From contig CM052817.1 of NCBI GenBank assembly GCA_028534125.1, positions 11,968,001-12,032,000 of the forward strand: DNA of 64,000 nucleotides, written 5' to 3'. Below are positions 12,430-24,590 of the stretch, one piece after another. The translations under genes and the position numbers were made by a program. Each line of letters opens with the position of its first letter. The stretch's first letter is position 1. This DNA is from Lama glama (taxonomy: Eukaryota). Below the pieces are notes generated by a model. It was not told the DNA's origin and searched no databases. It saw nothing but the letters and a program-made list of their open reading frames with translations.

Positions 12430-13400
12430 CTTGTATTTAATTTCTTTTCCTCTAACAGACAATCACTTTTTTCTTTGCTTTAAAAATCATTTCTTTGTTA
12501 ATGATATCATGCAAATTTATTAAGTGTTCAGGAGATTGCTATTATTTTACCTACTGGGTTTTCTTTTTGTGAATCTCATTTTGAATTTTTATATCATTAT
12601 CAATTCTTAAAATTTATTCACTATGATCCCTTTCAATATTACTTCTCTTATATTCTTTCTAGTCTCTTCTTCTGGAATTCCAAGTTGAAGCATGTTAGTT
12701 TTGTGAACATCCTTTCCTCCATATTTCTTTGTCTCGTCTTCATGTATTTCCTGTATACCTTTCCATGATGTGTTCTGCCATTCTGTAATTTCTTTAGATG
12801 TATCTTTCATTTCAGTATTTCTTCAGCTTTATCAAAGCTTTTATTTAAGCTGTATTGAGGTCTTATCATAGTGTTGACATTTTTCATTTTTAGAAAAATT
12901 ATTTTTTAAATGATGCCTAGTTATATATTTTAGTCTCTTGTTTCTTATTCATACTTTGAATTCCATCTATTATGTAAACAGTTAAAGGACAGTTACTTTA
13001 TATTCCAGATTTGAAAATTACACTATTTGGAATCCTAGGGGTCTATTTTCATGACTTGTCCTTTTTTTTTTTCTTTCAGTTATGGTAACTTGTTTTCTCA
13101 TGAATTGTTAAATTTTATGTTGAGAACTCAAGTTTATGTGAATTTAATATGCAGAAATCTGTATGGGCCTAGGCTAAGGACAAACTCTTTCATAGAGAAT
13201 ATGTGTTTCTTTCTACCCAGCAAGTTGATGTACCACTATACTTGGACTACATGAATAAATTTTTTAGTGTGGGTTTTCTAAACCAAACAGCAATGTAATT
13301 ATATATGAAGGCAGATCTGTCTGTGGTTAGTCGTTTTTATTCCAGTGTCTTTTTTTCCTTCCAGTATCTAAACCAATATAAGCAAGTGTTATTACTTGTT
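12430..13400 (-). mobile_element. Old L1/HAL1 ORF1-region fragment, inverted relative to its neighbour
   Basis: ORF 12607-12810 (..TNMLQLGIPEEETRKNIREVILKGIIVNKF) resembles the ORF1p NIRIIGIPEEE...IFEEIIAENF segment. Confidence 0.65.
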
Positions 13401-15599
13401 ATTTACTGATTTTATAGGACTTTTGCTTATGGCTTTATCTAGTTCATTGCTTAACATATTGGTTAGTAAAAGTATAGCCCATGGTTAGACACGTGACAGC
13501 TTCATTGACCATATCTTTGGTAGCTGTGGCAACAGAGTGACTCAAGTACAGGCAACTTTGGCGGCTCGAGATTTATGAGTTTGAGATAGTCTGGGACTTT
13601 CTCCCTCCCTGGCCTGCACTAACCCACAGTTCTGACCTCTACTTCAGTTGAACTTAAAAATTAACAAAAGCCACAAAGGATGATGCATAAGTTTTAGAAT
13701 TAAAGTAGTTAAAGATTTAAAAAGAAAATATCCTGTTCTGGACTCTACAAGAACTTCTTAGGAATGCTCTGAAAATTAAATAGTTTCTGGATTCTTGGAA
13801 GCATTATATCAGGTTTTATTATATTTGCACATTCATCAGCTGTGGACATAGATATAATATTTGTGAGACAAAATAAGATGTCAAAACAAATAAAAACAGA
13901 TAAAAATTTAGAAATGAAGAATAAAACTATAAAGTTAGGTTGTGAGATGGTTGACGAGATCACATAGACTGGGTTAATTGTTATGGTTTCTCAGGACAGG
14001 TGTATAGAAGGAGGTTAGTATTGTCTTGGAGAAAAGAAGAAATAGTTTTTGCTTGGTTTGTGAGGCCCCTAGCTAGGATATGCAGAAGGAGAGACTGCAA
14101 GCTGGCCACAGGGCGTAACCTGGCCATCAAGAGGATGGGATCAAGTCTGCGGCAGTGTTCAGAGGTCTCCATTGAATGTAGGAAGAAACTGGGGAGCCAC
14201 TGGGGAGCTGTAACCATTGAAGCGATATGTTAAAAATGGCAGCCAGGAGAGCAATTCTAGAAGTATTAGGCTGAGCTTTTGTTTCCAGGATAAGAGTCTT
14301 CCTGATTCTCCTGGATCATCCACAAAGCCTTCTATTGACTTCCCACTGCTGCCAGGCCCATTGAAGACTGCGTCTGGTGAGAGACTGAATATGAGAGGCA
14401 GTGATGACAAACACAGAGCTCTCCCTCCTGATGGGGCTGACTGTGCCAGGCTCTCAGAGGACGTAACGCGCTTGTTAAGTTCTGGTGAATAGCACCAATC
14501 TCCACAGAGGATGATTTGGGTTCCCATAGAGAAGCCATCAACACAGAGTAAGAATTCAGCCAATTATGCCTCACCTCATCGGTCCTATTTAGATGGTAAC
14601 CCCATGGGGCATGGACCATGTCTTTCCCTGTGTATTGTACAGTGTTGAGGAAACATTTGGCACTCAATAAATACCAATCGAGAGCTTGTTACTTGTCTCC
14701 CTCAGCCTCCCACTGAGCTGATCTGAGGAAGGAATTCTCTTTGAAGTCCCTTGTCCCTATGCTTTTGATAAACAACGTAGAGGCACAGAGAGAGATGAGG
14801 CATCTACACAGTCCTGGAACTGTTTTTGATACCCGTAGATGACAAATACTATCTCTGTAGCGATTTAGCTAGGGGGGAAGGGGCATGTTTAGTGGGACCA
14901 TCCAGAGGAAAAAAGCTCTTCTTCTATGAACATTGTCTTACTTCTTATTTCTCGCAGATTGACGATTTGTGCTTTTAAACATTTGTTAATACCGCTGCCA
15001 AGCTGTCTTGCTGAGCTGAGTGGTAGAGTCCTTATACATTTTGGTTCACCGTAGTGGTTCACAGCTTTACCATGTCCATAGAGAAAAGCAAAGAATAGGT
15101 GGATAAGAAATTAGAATAGAAAATAAAAGAGAAGCACTATTAGACTTAAAAAGGATTTTTAAAAAGGTAACCTGTGATAACTTTGATATGCCCTGGGCAA
15201 GGAGTTACTTAGAGCATTGAATGTGTCTCTGTTGAAAAATGATTCTGTTTTTTATATTGTAAAATATTACAATTTTTATATGAAGGAAAAATTATACATA
15301 AACCTTTTATTTAGGTATTGAGATTTAGGAAGAAAAACACAGAGAATAATATGTTACAAGTGAAAGAAGTTGTCTGAATTAATATGTGCATATAATATGC
15401 ATATGTATTACCAACAAATACATGATTTTCTTTACATACTGGAAAAATCTCTCAAAGTGTTGTCTTTAACTATTGAGGCCAAGACATCTAAAAAGATATC
15501 ATAAAAGACACGACTAATGAGGTCAAATAATCCCTAGAAGATGTGGTCATGGGCTGGAATGATGGCAACCCCAACTCTTTTTTCATATACTCGTAGTTC

Positions 15600-15700
15600 C
15601 AGATCTCTCTCTCCTATTCTCTCTCCCCCTCTACCTCTTTTCCTCTTTTTTCACTTCCCTTCACTCTCTCTCTTCCTTTCCCTTTTCCTTTCCTCTATAA
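15600..15700. repeat. CT-rich low-complexity tract
   Basis: tctctctctcctattctctctccccctctacctcttttcctc... Confidence 0.85.
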
Positions 15701-16149
15701 TTTAAGTATTCTAATTATTAAAAAGATTTCATCTAAAATGTATGATGCTGATGGTTCAGCTTGGACTTTGATTCAGTAAAGCACTTAGTGTCTCTTATCT
15801 TGAACAAAGTACAGGATGAGATGAGGCGTGATGCAGCCAGGATTGTAAAGAGATGTGCCGTGCTTATTCAAATGTTTGTCTAGAGAATAAAGAAAAATAG
15901 TTACATTATGAAAGGTGTCGCAGATCCTGAAAGAGTGACAGAAATTAAGAATGTCTTGACTCAAAGATAGTAGACATTGAGAAATTTTCTTTTTGAAAAT
16001 TTCCCCTTTTTTGTTGTTGGTTTCTTAAACTTTGTTTATCCCTAAACTAAAGCCAAAGGGTAAGACATTAAAATTGTAATAACTAAAAAATGTAAAAGTT
16101 CACTGAATGCGCTGGGAATTTTACCACCTTTGGTCATGAGAAGGGGTTC

Positions 16150-16560
16150 TCAGATTGAAATCATGGTGTAGAGTGTCTCAAATGGAGGTGGAATTAGTCC
16201 TCTTCTGTGTAGGAGAGTCAGATCACATGCAGGGTTCTGCGTTCGGTATTCAAGGCCGTGTGACCCCAGGAGAGTGACTGACAGGTTGCAGGGAACTTCA
16301 CTGCTTCAGTGTACCAGTGAAGGATGGAAGCAGCAGTGAAATCTTTATCAAGGACAGAGTAGAATGAGGAAGTAGGTGTGTTGGAAAAATTGTGTTGATG
16401 TAAGTCATCTTTAGTTTTAAGCCAAAGTTTTAAAACAATGTCTGGGACTGGGGTTGGGGTGGTGGCTAAGCCAGCCATCTGGGTGGTGAGCTTTTCTGCC
16501 ATGGCTGCTAAGGTGTAGGTGATGGTGATGAGCAGGGTGTTCAAATGTGAATGATGATCT
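16150..16560 (-). mobile_element. L2 ORF2 AP-endonuclease-domain relic
   Basis: ORF 16218-16544 aligns by eye to the L2 EN: LLITITY~LLVAVIY, TTPTPV~NTTPV, DDLHQHNFSNTPTSSF~GDFNIH.DDPSNTLASQF, SWGHT~SHGHT. Confidence 0.55.
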
Positions 16561-16599
16561 TTAATTCAAGGCAAAAGAGCAGTTAATGCCCCAAATCAG

Positions 16600-17319
16600 A
16601 TCCATTCATCCAATTAGCCTTTCAGTAAATGATTCCTGAGCTCATGTACCGGATAAGGCACTGATAGCTGCTAGAAAATTTGGGTTCAGATGAGAATGAT
16701 GTACTATCTGAACCTGTGGGTTTCAGTTTCTAGAAAGACAGACTTTCATCAGCCGCCTACAAGTTGGTATTTAATTATATTGTAGCGAGTGCCTTTGAGC
16801 AGTATAGAGTGCTGAGAGCTTACGGCAGAGGAGGGTCTAAGCTTTCCTGATAGTGGGGTGGGGTGTTCATGAAAGTCTTCACAGAGGAGATGGTACTATC
16901 CTAAGAGGTGAACATAAGGAGAACAAAGCAGAGCACAGGCAGGTGAAGGGAAGAGCACGTGTGAATAAGGACACGGGAAGAAGGTCCTAGAAAGAAGCCC
17001 CACGGCCCATTTCAGAGAGTGGTGAGACACCTATGTGATGAGGACTCAGAACGGGAGAGGGTGAGTGTCATGAGATGAGAAAGGAGAGGCTTTGTGGGCC
17101 TTGATAAGGACTTTGGGATTTATTCTAAGAACAAGGGGATGACTTGTTAAGCTTTAAGTAGGGAATTGGTATCACAAGATTCACATTTTTCCAGGATCTT
17201 GTTGACAGTAGTGTGGAAAATGGTTTGGAAGGCTTCAAGGTCATATATGGGGAGATGTTTTAGAAAGCTATTTAGCATTCATTCAGCAAATATTTATTAG
17301 TACCATCTATATGTCAGGG

Positions 17320-17363
<44 letters not shown>

Positions 17364-17730
17364 GGGGCCACTGGTGAAGAAAATCAAGATCACGTCTGCC
17401 TGCACAGAGTTTAAGGCATTAAACAAACACATGTAATCATTTAATGAACATTTATTGACTGCTGACTATATGCAAGCACTATATTAGGTATTGGATATTT
17501 AAAGCTAAACTAAGTAGATATTATCTCTGCCCTTGTGGGGTTTATATGGACCAGTGGTAAAGAGAGATGATAAACAGTTAAGCAAACAAAAATGTAAGTA
17601 CAAGTTCAATGAATTCCTGAAGGGAATTTCTGGGGAGCATTAGAGAGAATGATGGAGCTTGGTGAGCAAAGAAACCTGTCTGAAAAATGATGTTTAGTTG
17701 AGAGTTGAATAATGACAGGGTGTAGCCAGG
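16600..17730 (-). mobile_element. Cluster of L2 3'-end fragments
   Basis: Repeated antisense L2 tails (cattcattcagcaaatatttattag; aacatttattgactgctgactatatgcaagcac) plus ataaggactttgggatttattctaag. Confidence 0.8.
17323..17360. repeat. Perfect (TG)19 microsatellite
   Basis: Counted directly. Confidence 0.97.
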
Positions 17731-18169
17731 CTGTGTACTGATTATTCTGTATTCATTCTATTATTATATGTTTACTTTTCAAGGTGTTTACAGAATTTAT
17801 GCAAATTTTAGTTCTGAATTGAGAAGGATATAATCAATTTGAATGGTGGGAGATATTAATTTATTAAATCCGCATAGTTTTGGATTATGAGTTATGTAAG
17901 AAGTTTGTGAATATTTAGAGAGTATGAACTATGTAATAATAAGTTGAACTGAGGAAAAAATAGTAACTATTGTTCTTCATACTAGCAAGTCGGCACTAAC
18001 ATAGAAGTCATCTCCAAAGAGCTAACTAAGAGAGAAGTCTTCCCAGGAGACTGTACACTTCTTCACGTGCCTACATTAATAGTACACACTGCCCTGTGTG
18101 GCTGTTCAGTTCAGCATATCTATCCATTAATTTATTTTCTCCCCTTTATGCGTTTGCACATATATACAA

Positions 18170-19130
18170 CTCATTCATATGTTTATTAAGCATTCATCAA
18201 GTGCCTGCTTTAATGCCAGGTACAATAATGGCACGTGATATAGAAAACCAAATAAAACAGGGGCCCTGTTATCAAGGAACATTCATCAGAGGAAGTCAGG
18301 GATAAATGACTCTGTTACTACAGAAAGCGTAGGAATTTCTGTAACAGAGCTAACCTGGAAGGGTTTGGGGGCACAACAGAGAGGTGTCTTAATCAGTCAA
18401 GAGGAACAGGAGAGACCTTCTGGAGAAAGGTTCCCTTGCATTGAATTTGTCCTTAAGAACATTGCAGGGAGAAGCAAAGCATAGCCAAAGACTCAGAAAC
18501 AGCACTAATATGGGCCATTCATGAAATAACAAATAGGTTAGTTGTACCAGAGCAAAGGGCTTATTTATTCCAAGTGATCAGCACCTACTGTGTGCAAGAT
18601 CCTTTGGTAAGATGGTGCTTACAGGGCTTCACACAGGATACAGGGCTGCACAAGAAAGATGTTGATCCCATGCTCTTGGCATTTATAGATTTTTAGGGAA
18701 TGGCAAAAGAGGAATTAGAAAATCAGGCAGGGAACCAATTATTAGGGGCTTTATGCATTAAGCTAAAGTATCTACATTTTATCCTGATTAAGTAAGGGAA
18801 TTACAGGGTCAACTTAACTTTATCTAAGAAAGATCAACCTAGCTGTAGTGCAGAAGATGGATTGAGGATGTGACAGTGTTCAAGATTTGACATAAGAAGA
18901 GTGACTGGGAGACTTCTAAGGATCAAGGCAAGAACTGATGGATGCCTGAACTAAGGCAGGAAGATGTTGTGGATGAGATTAATTTAAAGACGTTAGGGAG
19001 GTAAAATCTATAGATCTTTTGCACCAATTAGCTCTGGGGAATGAGACAAAGGACTTAAGGGTAACTCATGGTATTCAGACTTGAGAGGCTGAGTGAACGT
19101 TGTAATTTCTCAAAACTGGGAATCCTAGAA
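18170..19130 (-). mobile_element. L2 fragments
   Basis: tcattcatatgtttattaagcatt...; agaaagatcaacctagctgtagtgcagaagatggattg...gcctgaactaaggcag. Confidence 0.75.
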
Positions 19131-21894
19131 ACACAGGTGTTAGAATGAATCTGTAATCTTGTACATTTATGTTTTCCAATGTTTTTATGAAATTAGGAGC
19201 TCCTTGCAGATAGGAAGCCCTTCTTAGCCCTTCCTTGTAACTTCACATCTGGCCACACCATAAGCAGTCTGTCTGTTCACAATATAAACTCAATAATCAT
19301 GCCATCAGTTGAGAATTAGATTTTTTTTCTCTTGTAGAGAAGAATTTGGATGTTCTTTTGTACACTTCAAATGAAAAGAGAGGATGCTTTTTGGCAATTT
19401 ACTGAGAAAAGGGCATCAAGTATATAAGCTAGAAGCAGGAAAAGCTCTTTACCTCTGAATTACATATCATAGAAAGGTATAAAAAACCTTTCATGTCTCT
19501 AAATAAATACCACTTCTTATTTTTTCTGATATATAAATTTCAAAAGATTTTTCATCACTTACCATTAAAAGGTAAACGTATCAAATGTTATTCTACTTCA
19601 CAGTCCATAATCTCCCCCTATATTTGTTGATCCATAGATTAGAAGGACAGTTCCTCACAGTCCCATAGCCTTCTCTCTCAAGAAATCACCTCTCAATGAA
19701 AGAAGAAAAGGTATCAGTGTCAAGGAGATGCAGCACCCAAGGAACCCACAGGAAATGCTTCAGTAAAGGTTGTACAGGGAAGGATCAAGCAAAGCCAGCG
19801 TGAGCAGTGAATGTTTTACTGATCTCCAGTGTCCTATGCTGAGTCTCCCACCTCCTCCAGACACACCTCCACTTTGGTCGAATGTTTTCATCTCCCTTCT
19901 ACACCCTTCTATTTAGGCCAATGGAGCAGACACAGTCGAGCTGAGATGTGCAGGTGCTGAGCACTGCCCAACGGCAGGCTAACAAGGGAGCACACAGGGA
20001 GCTTGAGGCTAACAGGGAGCTCAAGTCAACCAAGTAGTCTTTCTTGACTATTAGCTCTGGGTGGAGGTTATGCGTTTGTGAAGGTGAAGAAAACATATCT
20101 AAGACAATGAAACTACTTTCGAGGCACTTACAGTTTGCATGCTGCATCTGAACAAGTGAAAGGATGGCCAGTAAACGTGTATGTGGAATCATTCTTATGA
20201 GACCACGTAGTAAACTCTCCCCCAGAGCTTATTTGCCTACCCCAATGAGGATGATCAGTTTTACTTTTTCATTTATTTAAGAATTGAGAGGGAAGAGCCT
20301 AAACATTACACAATGTCTGAATTATGATAAAGACACTAAATACAAAAATAGAATTTCTTGAAGCCTTACTGTAGCATGACATCATAATGGTATCGAATGT
20401 ACCACAGCCCATTTGATGTCACGGGGGACGAGGTTTGCTCCTCTTAATCATCTAGAAATGAGCATCGTGGTGTGTGCTGCAGTGACAAGGGTGCCTTTCT
20501 CTTAAAGGCTATTTTGCAGAGAGAACTGCAGCTTAAGGCAGAAGAGCGCTATTTGATATGGGGCCCCCAGGCAAGAGAAGACATCAAAGGGTCCCGAATC
20601 TAGACACAGCTGGACACTTCCACGGCTCTGCCCTGAGAGTCCATGATGCTTGCAAAGTGCACCAAGGGCACGTCTGCACACACGTCCAGCCTTTCCCCAT
20701 TGAAGGTTTATGGGGCTTGTAATGTCAAGATTCATGAATTTCAGGGACTGTACTTGTCCTTGGATCAGATTTGGAAGCAGCTTTTGATCAGTGAAGTGAA
20801 ACAATTAATTATAATAAATAATGCTACTAGGAGTCCTCACATTCAGCTGATGGAGGAGGGGAGCCAAAGAAATAAAGCTGGTCCCTGGCAGAACCTCAGC
20901 TCTGGCTGTCTGGATCAGATCCTGTCTGGCTACGGCACCCACGGCCCACTGAGCCCTGGGTGAAAGGCCCGGTTGCTCCGTCTTCTCATTCAGTGGGGAG
21001 TATCCAGTTCTAGTGGGTGGAGGGGGTGATAGAAGGAGGTCAAAAGGAGCAGGGGGGAGTGCAAAATTTCTTCCTATTCATCTGTATTTCATTGCTTTGT
21101 GCCCTGAAGCACATGATTTAATTATTTTCATCACTGCCTCAGCTTCCTCGGCTACTGATCTCATTGAGGGCAATAAAATTATTCAGCCTTTACAAAAAAT
21201 GCAGCCATAATAATTTTTGACTCGATGAATAGCTAAGGCTATAAAATCATCTCCCTGGATGACCACATCCAATTGAAAACACCACCCCAGGTTTTTCTCA
21301 ACAGTGAAAGTAAAACATAACGTCGCAGGAGAGAAGTACCCTGCCTGTGATTTTCATAACAGATGCTGGTTATCTGCTGTCTGCAACTTCCATTCACCAT
21401 CTCTTATCCACACAAGAATTCTCTCTGCAGGTCTTATTATCCTCAGACTAAAAGGGCGGAAAGTGACACTCAAAGACCTTGACATGGGTTGGCTTCCCCC
21501 AAGGGAGCTTGAGAAAACCCTGAGTGAGTGTGTTCAGTTGCCGTTGGAAGGTGTGTGTGGAAGGGGCAGGGGTGGCGCTGGAGGGTGGCCAGAAATGAGT
21601 GCTTGTGGTCCGTACAAAAACAAATCAAAAGATAAAGCTGGATCGAAAATGCTACAAATGGAAAGGAATGGGGGCAGGGGGCTGAGGAGAAGAGAGATAT
21701 CAGGAATGAACCAGAAGGTCCTGGGATTCCTCTGAAAGTCTAACTTCCTTGAAAGGTCACAGCAGAAGGTTCTGGCTCTGTCGGGAGCTGAGAGCCTTCC
21801 CTCTGAATTTGTATGTGCCTTTTAACGTATGGGTATATGTGCGTGTATATTTTAGTTTAACCTCCTTTATTTTTGTGATTTCTTTATTAAAAAT

Positions 21895-22070
21895 GCTTTC
21901 AGGATCCAAATCTTGGCTTGCTGTAGACTTGAACAAGTTAATCGTAAGGCTGGCTCTTATTTGAAACTGGGGACAATGAAAGTGCTATTTCACAAGTAGC
22001 TGCAAGGAATAAACGTATGTGCAACACTCAGCACAGTGGCTTTTTAAAGTAAATACATAGTAAGTCAATA
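21895..22070 (+). mobile_element. MIR SINE (degenerate)
   Basis: tgtagacttgaacaagttaa...tgaaactggggacaat...cactcagcacagtggc. Confidence 0.6.
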
Positions 22071-22799
22071 ATTGTTTATTTGTTGATTTACCTAGCCTCT
22101 TTCCTTTGTACTTGCATACTTGCTTACTTCCTTAAAGCCACCATATTTCAGGGTTTGAAATATGTGTTATTTACTGTTGCACAGGACCCACCACGTAGAA
22201 AGGATTGTGTTAGATGCAGTGAGGAGTGTCTGTGTATGTGTGTGTGAATCAGGTATGGTGGGTCCTTTTGAAAGTGTGTTTAACTGGTGTGATGGCAAAA
22301 CTGTTCCAAAAATGTAGTGTCTTCCCAATGATATTTCACCAGCCATATGCAGGTGCACAAGGTAGGTACAGGGTGCCAGAGTGATAACCAGCAGGACCTG
22401 AAAGTATTATCATCTCTGCCCAAACGATGAGCGGGTTGAGCTATGGATGAAGTGTGCCTGGTTGGTTTCACCCAAAGTCAGATGGAGTGGGTTTTCTGTT
22501 AAGTGTCTAGCCGGAGAGGCATGGCTGCCCACTTATTTTTAATAAACTGGTAGCTGAGAGATTAAAAAATTTTTTGTGTGTGTGTGACTTTTATGTTACT
22601 AGTCCTTCCCAAGTGAAGTTTGGCTTTAATAGAAAATACATTCACTGTCACCCACTGCAAAAGTGTTAACAACACTCTGTGTAATTTCACTGTCTTTCAG
22701 AGGTTACAAAAAGTCTGGCTGAGTGGGCCATCAATACCTGAGTACCTGAGCGCTGTCGGGCTGCTGATGGGGAGTGATGACGAGGACAGAGGACGGGTT

Positions 22800-22990
22800 T
22801 TAGTGTTGGGCGGTGTGGCTCTCAATCTTAATTTCACCACTTACCAATTGTGTGACCTTGGACAAATGACTTGATCTTACTGAGCCTGAGTTTCCTTATC
22901 TTATGAAATTAACACCTCGCTCCCAGAGGTGCTGTAAAGATTAAATGGGGTGAAGCACATTAAATGTCCATCACGCTATCTGGACTTGAC
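22800..22990 (+). mobile_element. MIR SINE
   Basis: ccacttaccaattgtgtgaccttggacaaatgacttgatcttactgagcctgagtttcct. Confidence 0.85.
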
Positions 22991-23054
22991 TAAATGCATC
23001 ATCAGCATGAGACCAGTTGCCAATTCCCCTGGGATACTAATGACAGATTCAAGC

Positions 23055-23115
23055 CTCGGGTAGGGGGTTGGACGAAATGATCTTTAAGTAACTGTCCAAC
23101 CCTGAGATTCTATGA
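23055..23115 (+). mobile_element. MIR3/L3(CR1) 3' terminus
   Basis: ggttggacgaaatgatctttaag...tccaaccctgagattctatga matches the CR1-type 3' end. Confidence 0.7.
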
Positions 23116-23384
23116 CACTAAGGTTACAAACTCTGAGGGAACACCGAGAAATAATGCCTTCAGTTGCTGGTACGCTGCCTCTCCCTGCCTTCCGTAAATC
23201 ACTGCGGGGCTGGGAGCAGCAGGCAGCCGACCTCTCAGGGCTTGACATTTCTCAAGTGTTAATGGGATGGTCCCCTTTATGTGATAATGGTGAGAAATGA
23301 CTGCTGATGTTTTAAAATAAAGGACACTATATGTTCATAAGCAATTAATCAGGAAGTTTTGACCACACGAGAAGGGATTGAAAT

Positions 23385-23720
23385 TACAGTGGGAAAACAG
23401 AGTCCAGGGTTTGGAGTCCAAGATGGCTATGCTCAGATTCCAGTTCCTCCAATGGGACAGTGACTATTATTTTTTTTTCCATTTTAACCATCTTGTTTCG
23501 GGGGGAAGGAGGAAGTAATTAGGCTTATTTATTTATTTATTAATGGGGGCACTGGAACTAGAACCCAGGACCTCATGCTTGCTAAGCACCCACTGAGCTA
23601 TACACTCCCCCACCCACCAGTATCTTTAACTTCTACTTCCTTTATTACTAAAATGGTAATGATAATCTCCACCAACTGCGTCTTACATGGATTCAGCTAA
23701 ATAAAGCACGTGAAAGTATC
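23385..23720 (+). mobile_element. MIR interrupted by a SINE at 23468-23611
   Basis: gggtttggagtccaa...cagattccagttcctcc before; taaaatggtaatgataat...cacgtgaaagt after. Confidence 0.6.
23468..23611 (-). mobile_element. tRNA-Ala-derived SINE (Vic-1-like, camelid)
   Basis: Minus strand gggggagtgtatagctcagtgg...gcttagcaagcatgaggtcctgggttc...(taaa)n..cctaattac..; small internal deletion after the A box. Confidence 0.85.
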
Positions 23721-23961
23721 TTCAATGAAAAAAAATAAGAGAAAAAAAAATAAAGAAAATAAAAAGTAAATAGGATACATAAAGCTCCTGGCAACTAAAA
23801 TTATGATATTGAAAGATTGGATTAACAAAACAATCACAGTTAGTGGTATTAGACCCTGGAATACCTCATTTTGTAAGTTTTCTAACAATGTGAGGATAAG
23901 TACTCAATATATCCGTTTGCCAGAGTTTAAATGTATTGTTTTTTTCTTTCTTTCTTTAGAA

Positions 23962-24177
23962 TCGGATTACACAAACTTTGTCTGTAAAGGGCCAAATAGT
24001 TAATAGTATATGTTTTGCTGGCCATATGGTCCCTGTCACAGCTACTCAGTTCCGCTGCAGTGTGAAGATAGTCATAGACAGTGGGTAACTGGGTGGTTAC
24101 TGTGCTCCAGTAAAACCACTCACAAAAGCAGGCTGCAGGCTGAATTTGGCTCATGGGCCAGAGTTTGCAAATCTGTG
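23962..24177 (+). mobile_element. MER58A (hAT-Charlie MITE), full length
   Basis: caaactttgtctgtaaagggccaaatagt...tgggccagagtttgc; 8-bp TSD ctttagaa (23954-61) / ttttagaa (24178-85). Confidence 0.9.
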
Positions 24178-24394
24178 TTTTAGAACACTGATGTATCCAA
24201 CAGTATTTATTAAACATCTACAATGTTTAAAACATTGTCTTTGGATTGTTTAAGGTACGAAATGAATCAGTGTTTGCATGGAGGAAAAAAAACTCACAAA
24301 CTAGAAACAGGTACAAAAATTTTTTTATTACTACAGAGTAATTGGCTAGAAGCAGGCTTTAAAAATTGTTGACAATGTCTAAGCAGCTAAATCT

Positions 24395-24590
24395 TGATTT
24401 TTGCCAATTTTTCACTATGTGACTTTGAGCAAATAATTCAAGGATTTTAAGCATCGATTTGCTCTGTATCTATCAAATGGAGATAACAGTATGTCCTTCA
24501 CAGAGTTTTGGGGGAGAATTAAACAAGATAAGACACACAGAGCACACAGCACATTGGCGCATAGTAAGCAATAAATACATGCTAATTATC
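24395..24590 (+). mobile_element. MIR SINE
   Basis: ctatgtgactttgagcaaataatt...aatggagataacagta...gcatagtaagcaataaata. Confidence 0.8.

Noticed and set aside
14159..14667. Overlapping 134/111/91-aa ORFs
   Set aside because: No recognisable domain; explained by locally higher GC.
14940..15170. Exon after acceptor ttcttatttctcgcag (AG at 14957-58)
   Set aside because: Stops occur in all three frames and there is no supporting partner exon.
16330..16460. Retroviral RT-like words PVPDIV / FYSVLDKDF
   Set aside because: Spacing is wrong for an RT, and the whole ORF aligns better to the L2 endonuclease.
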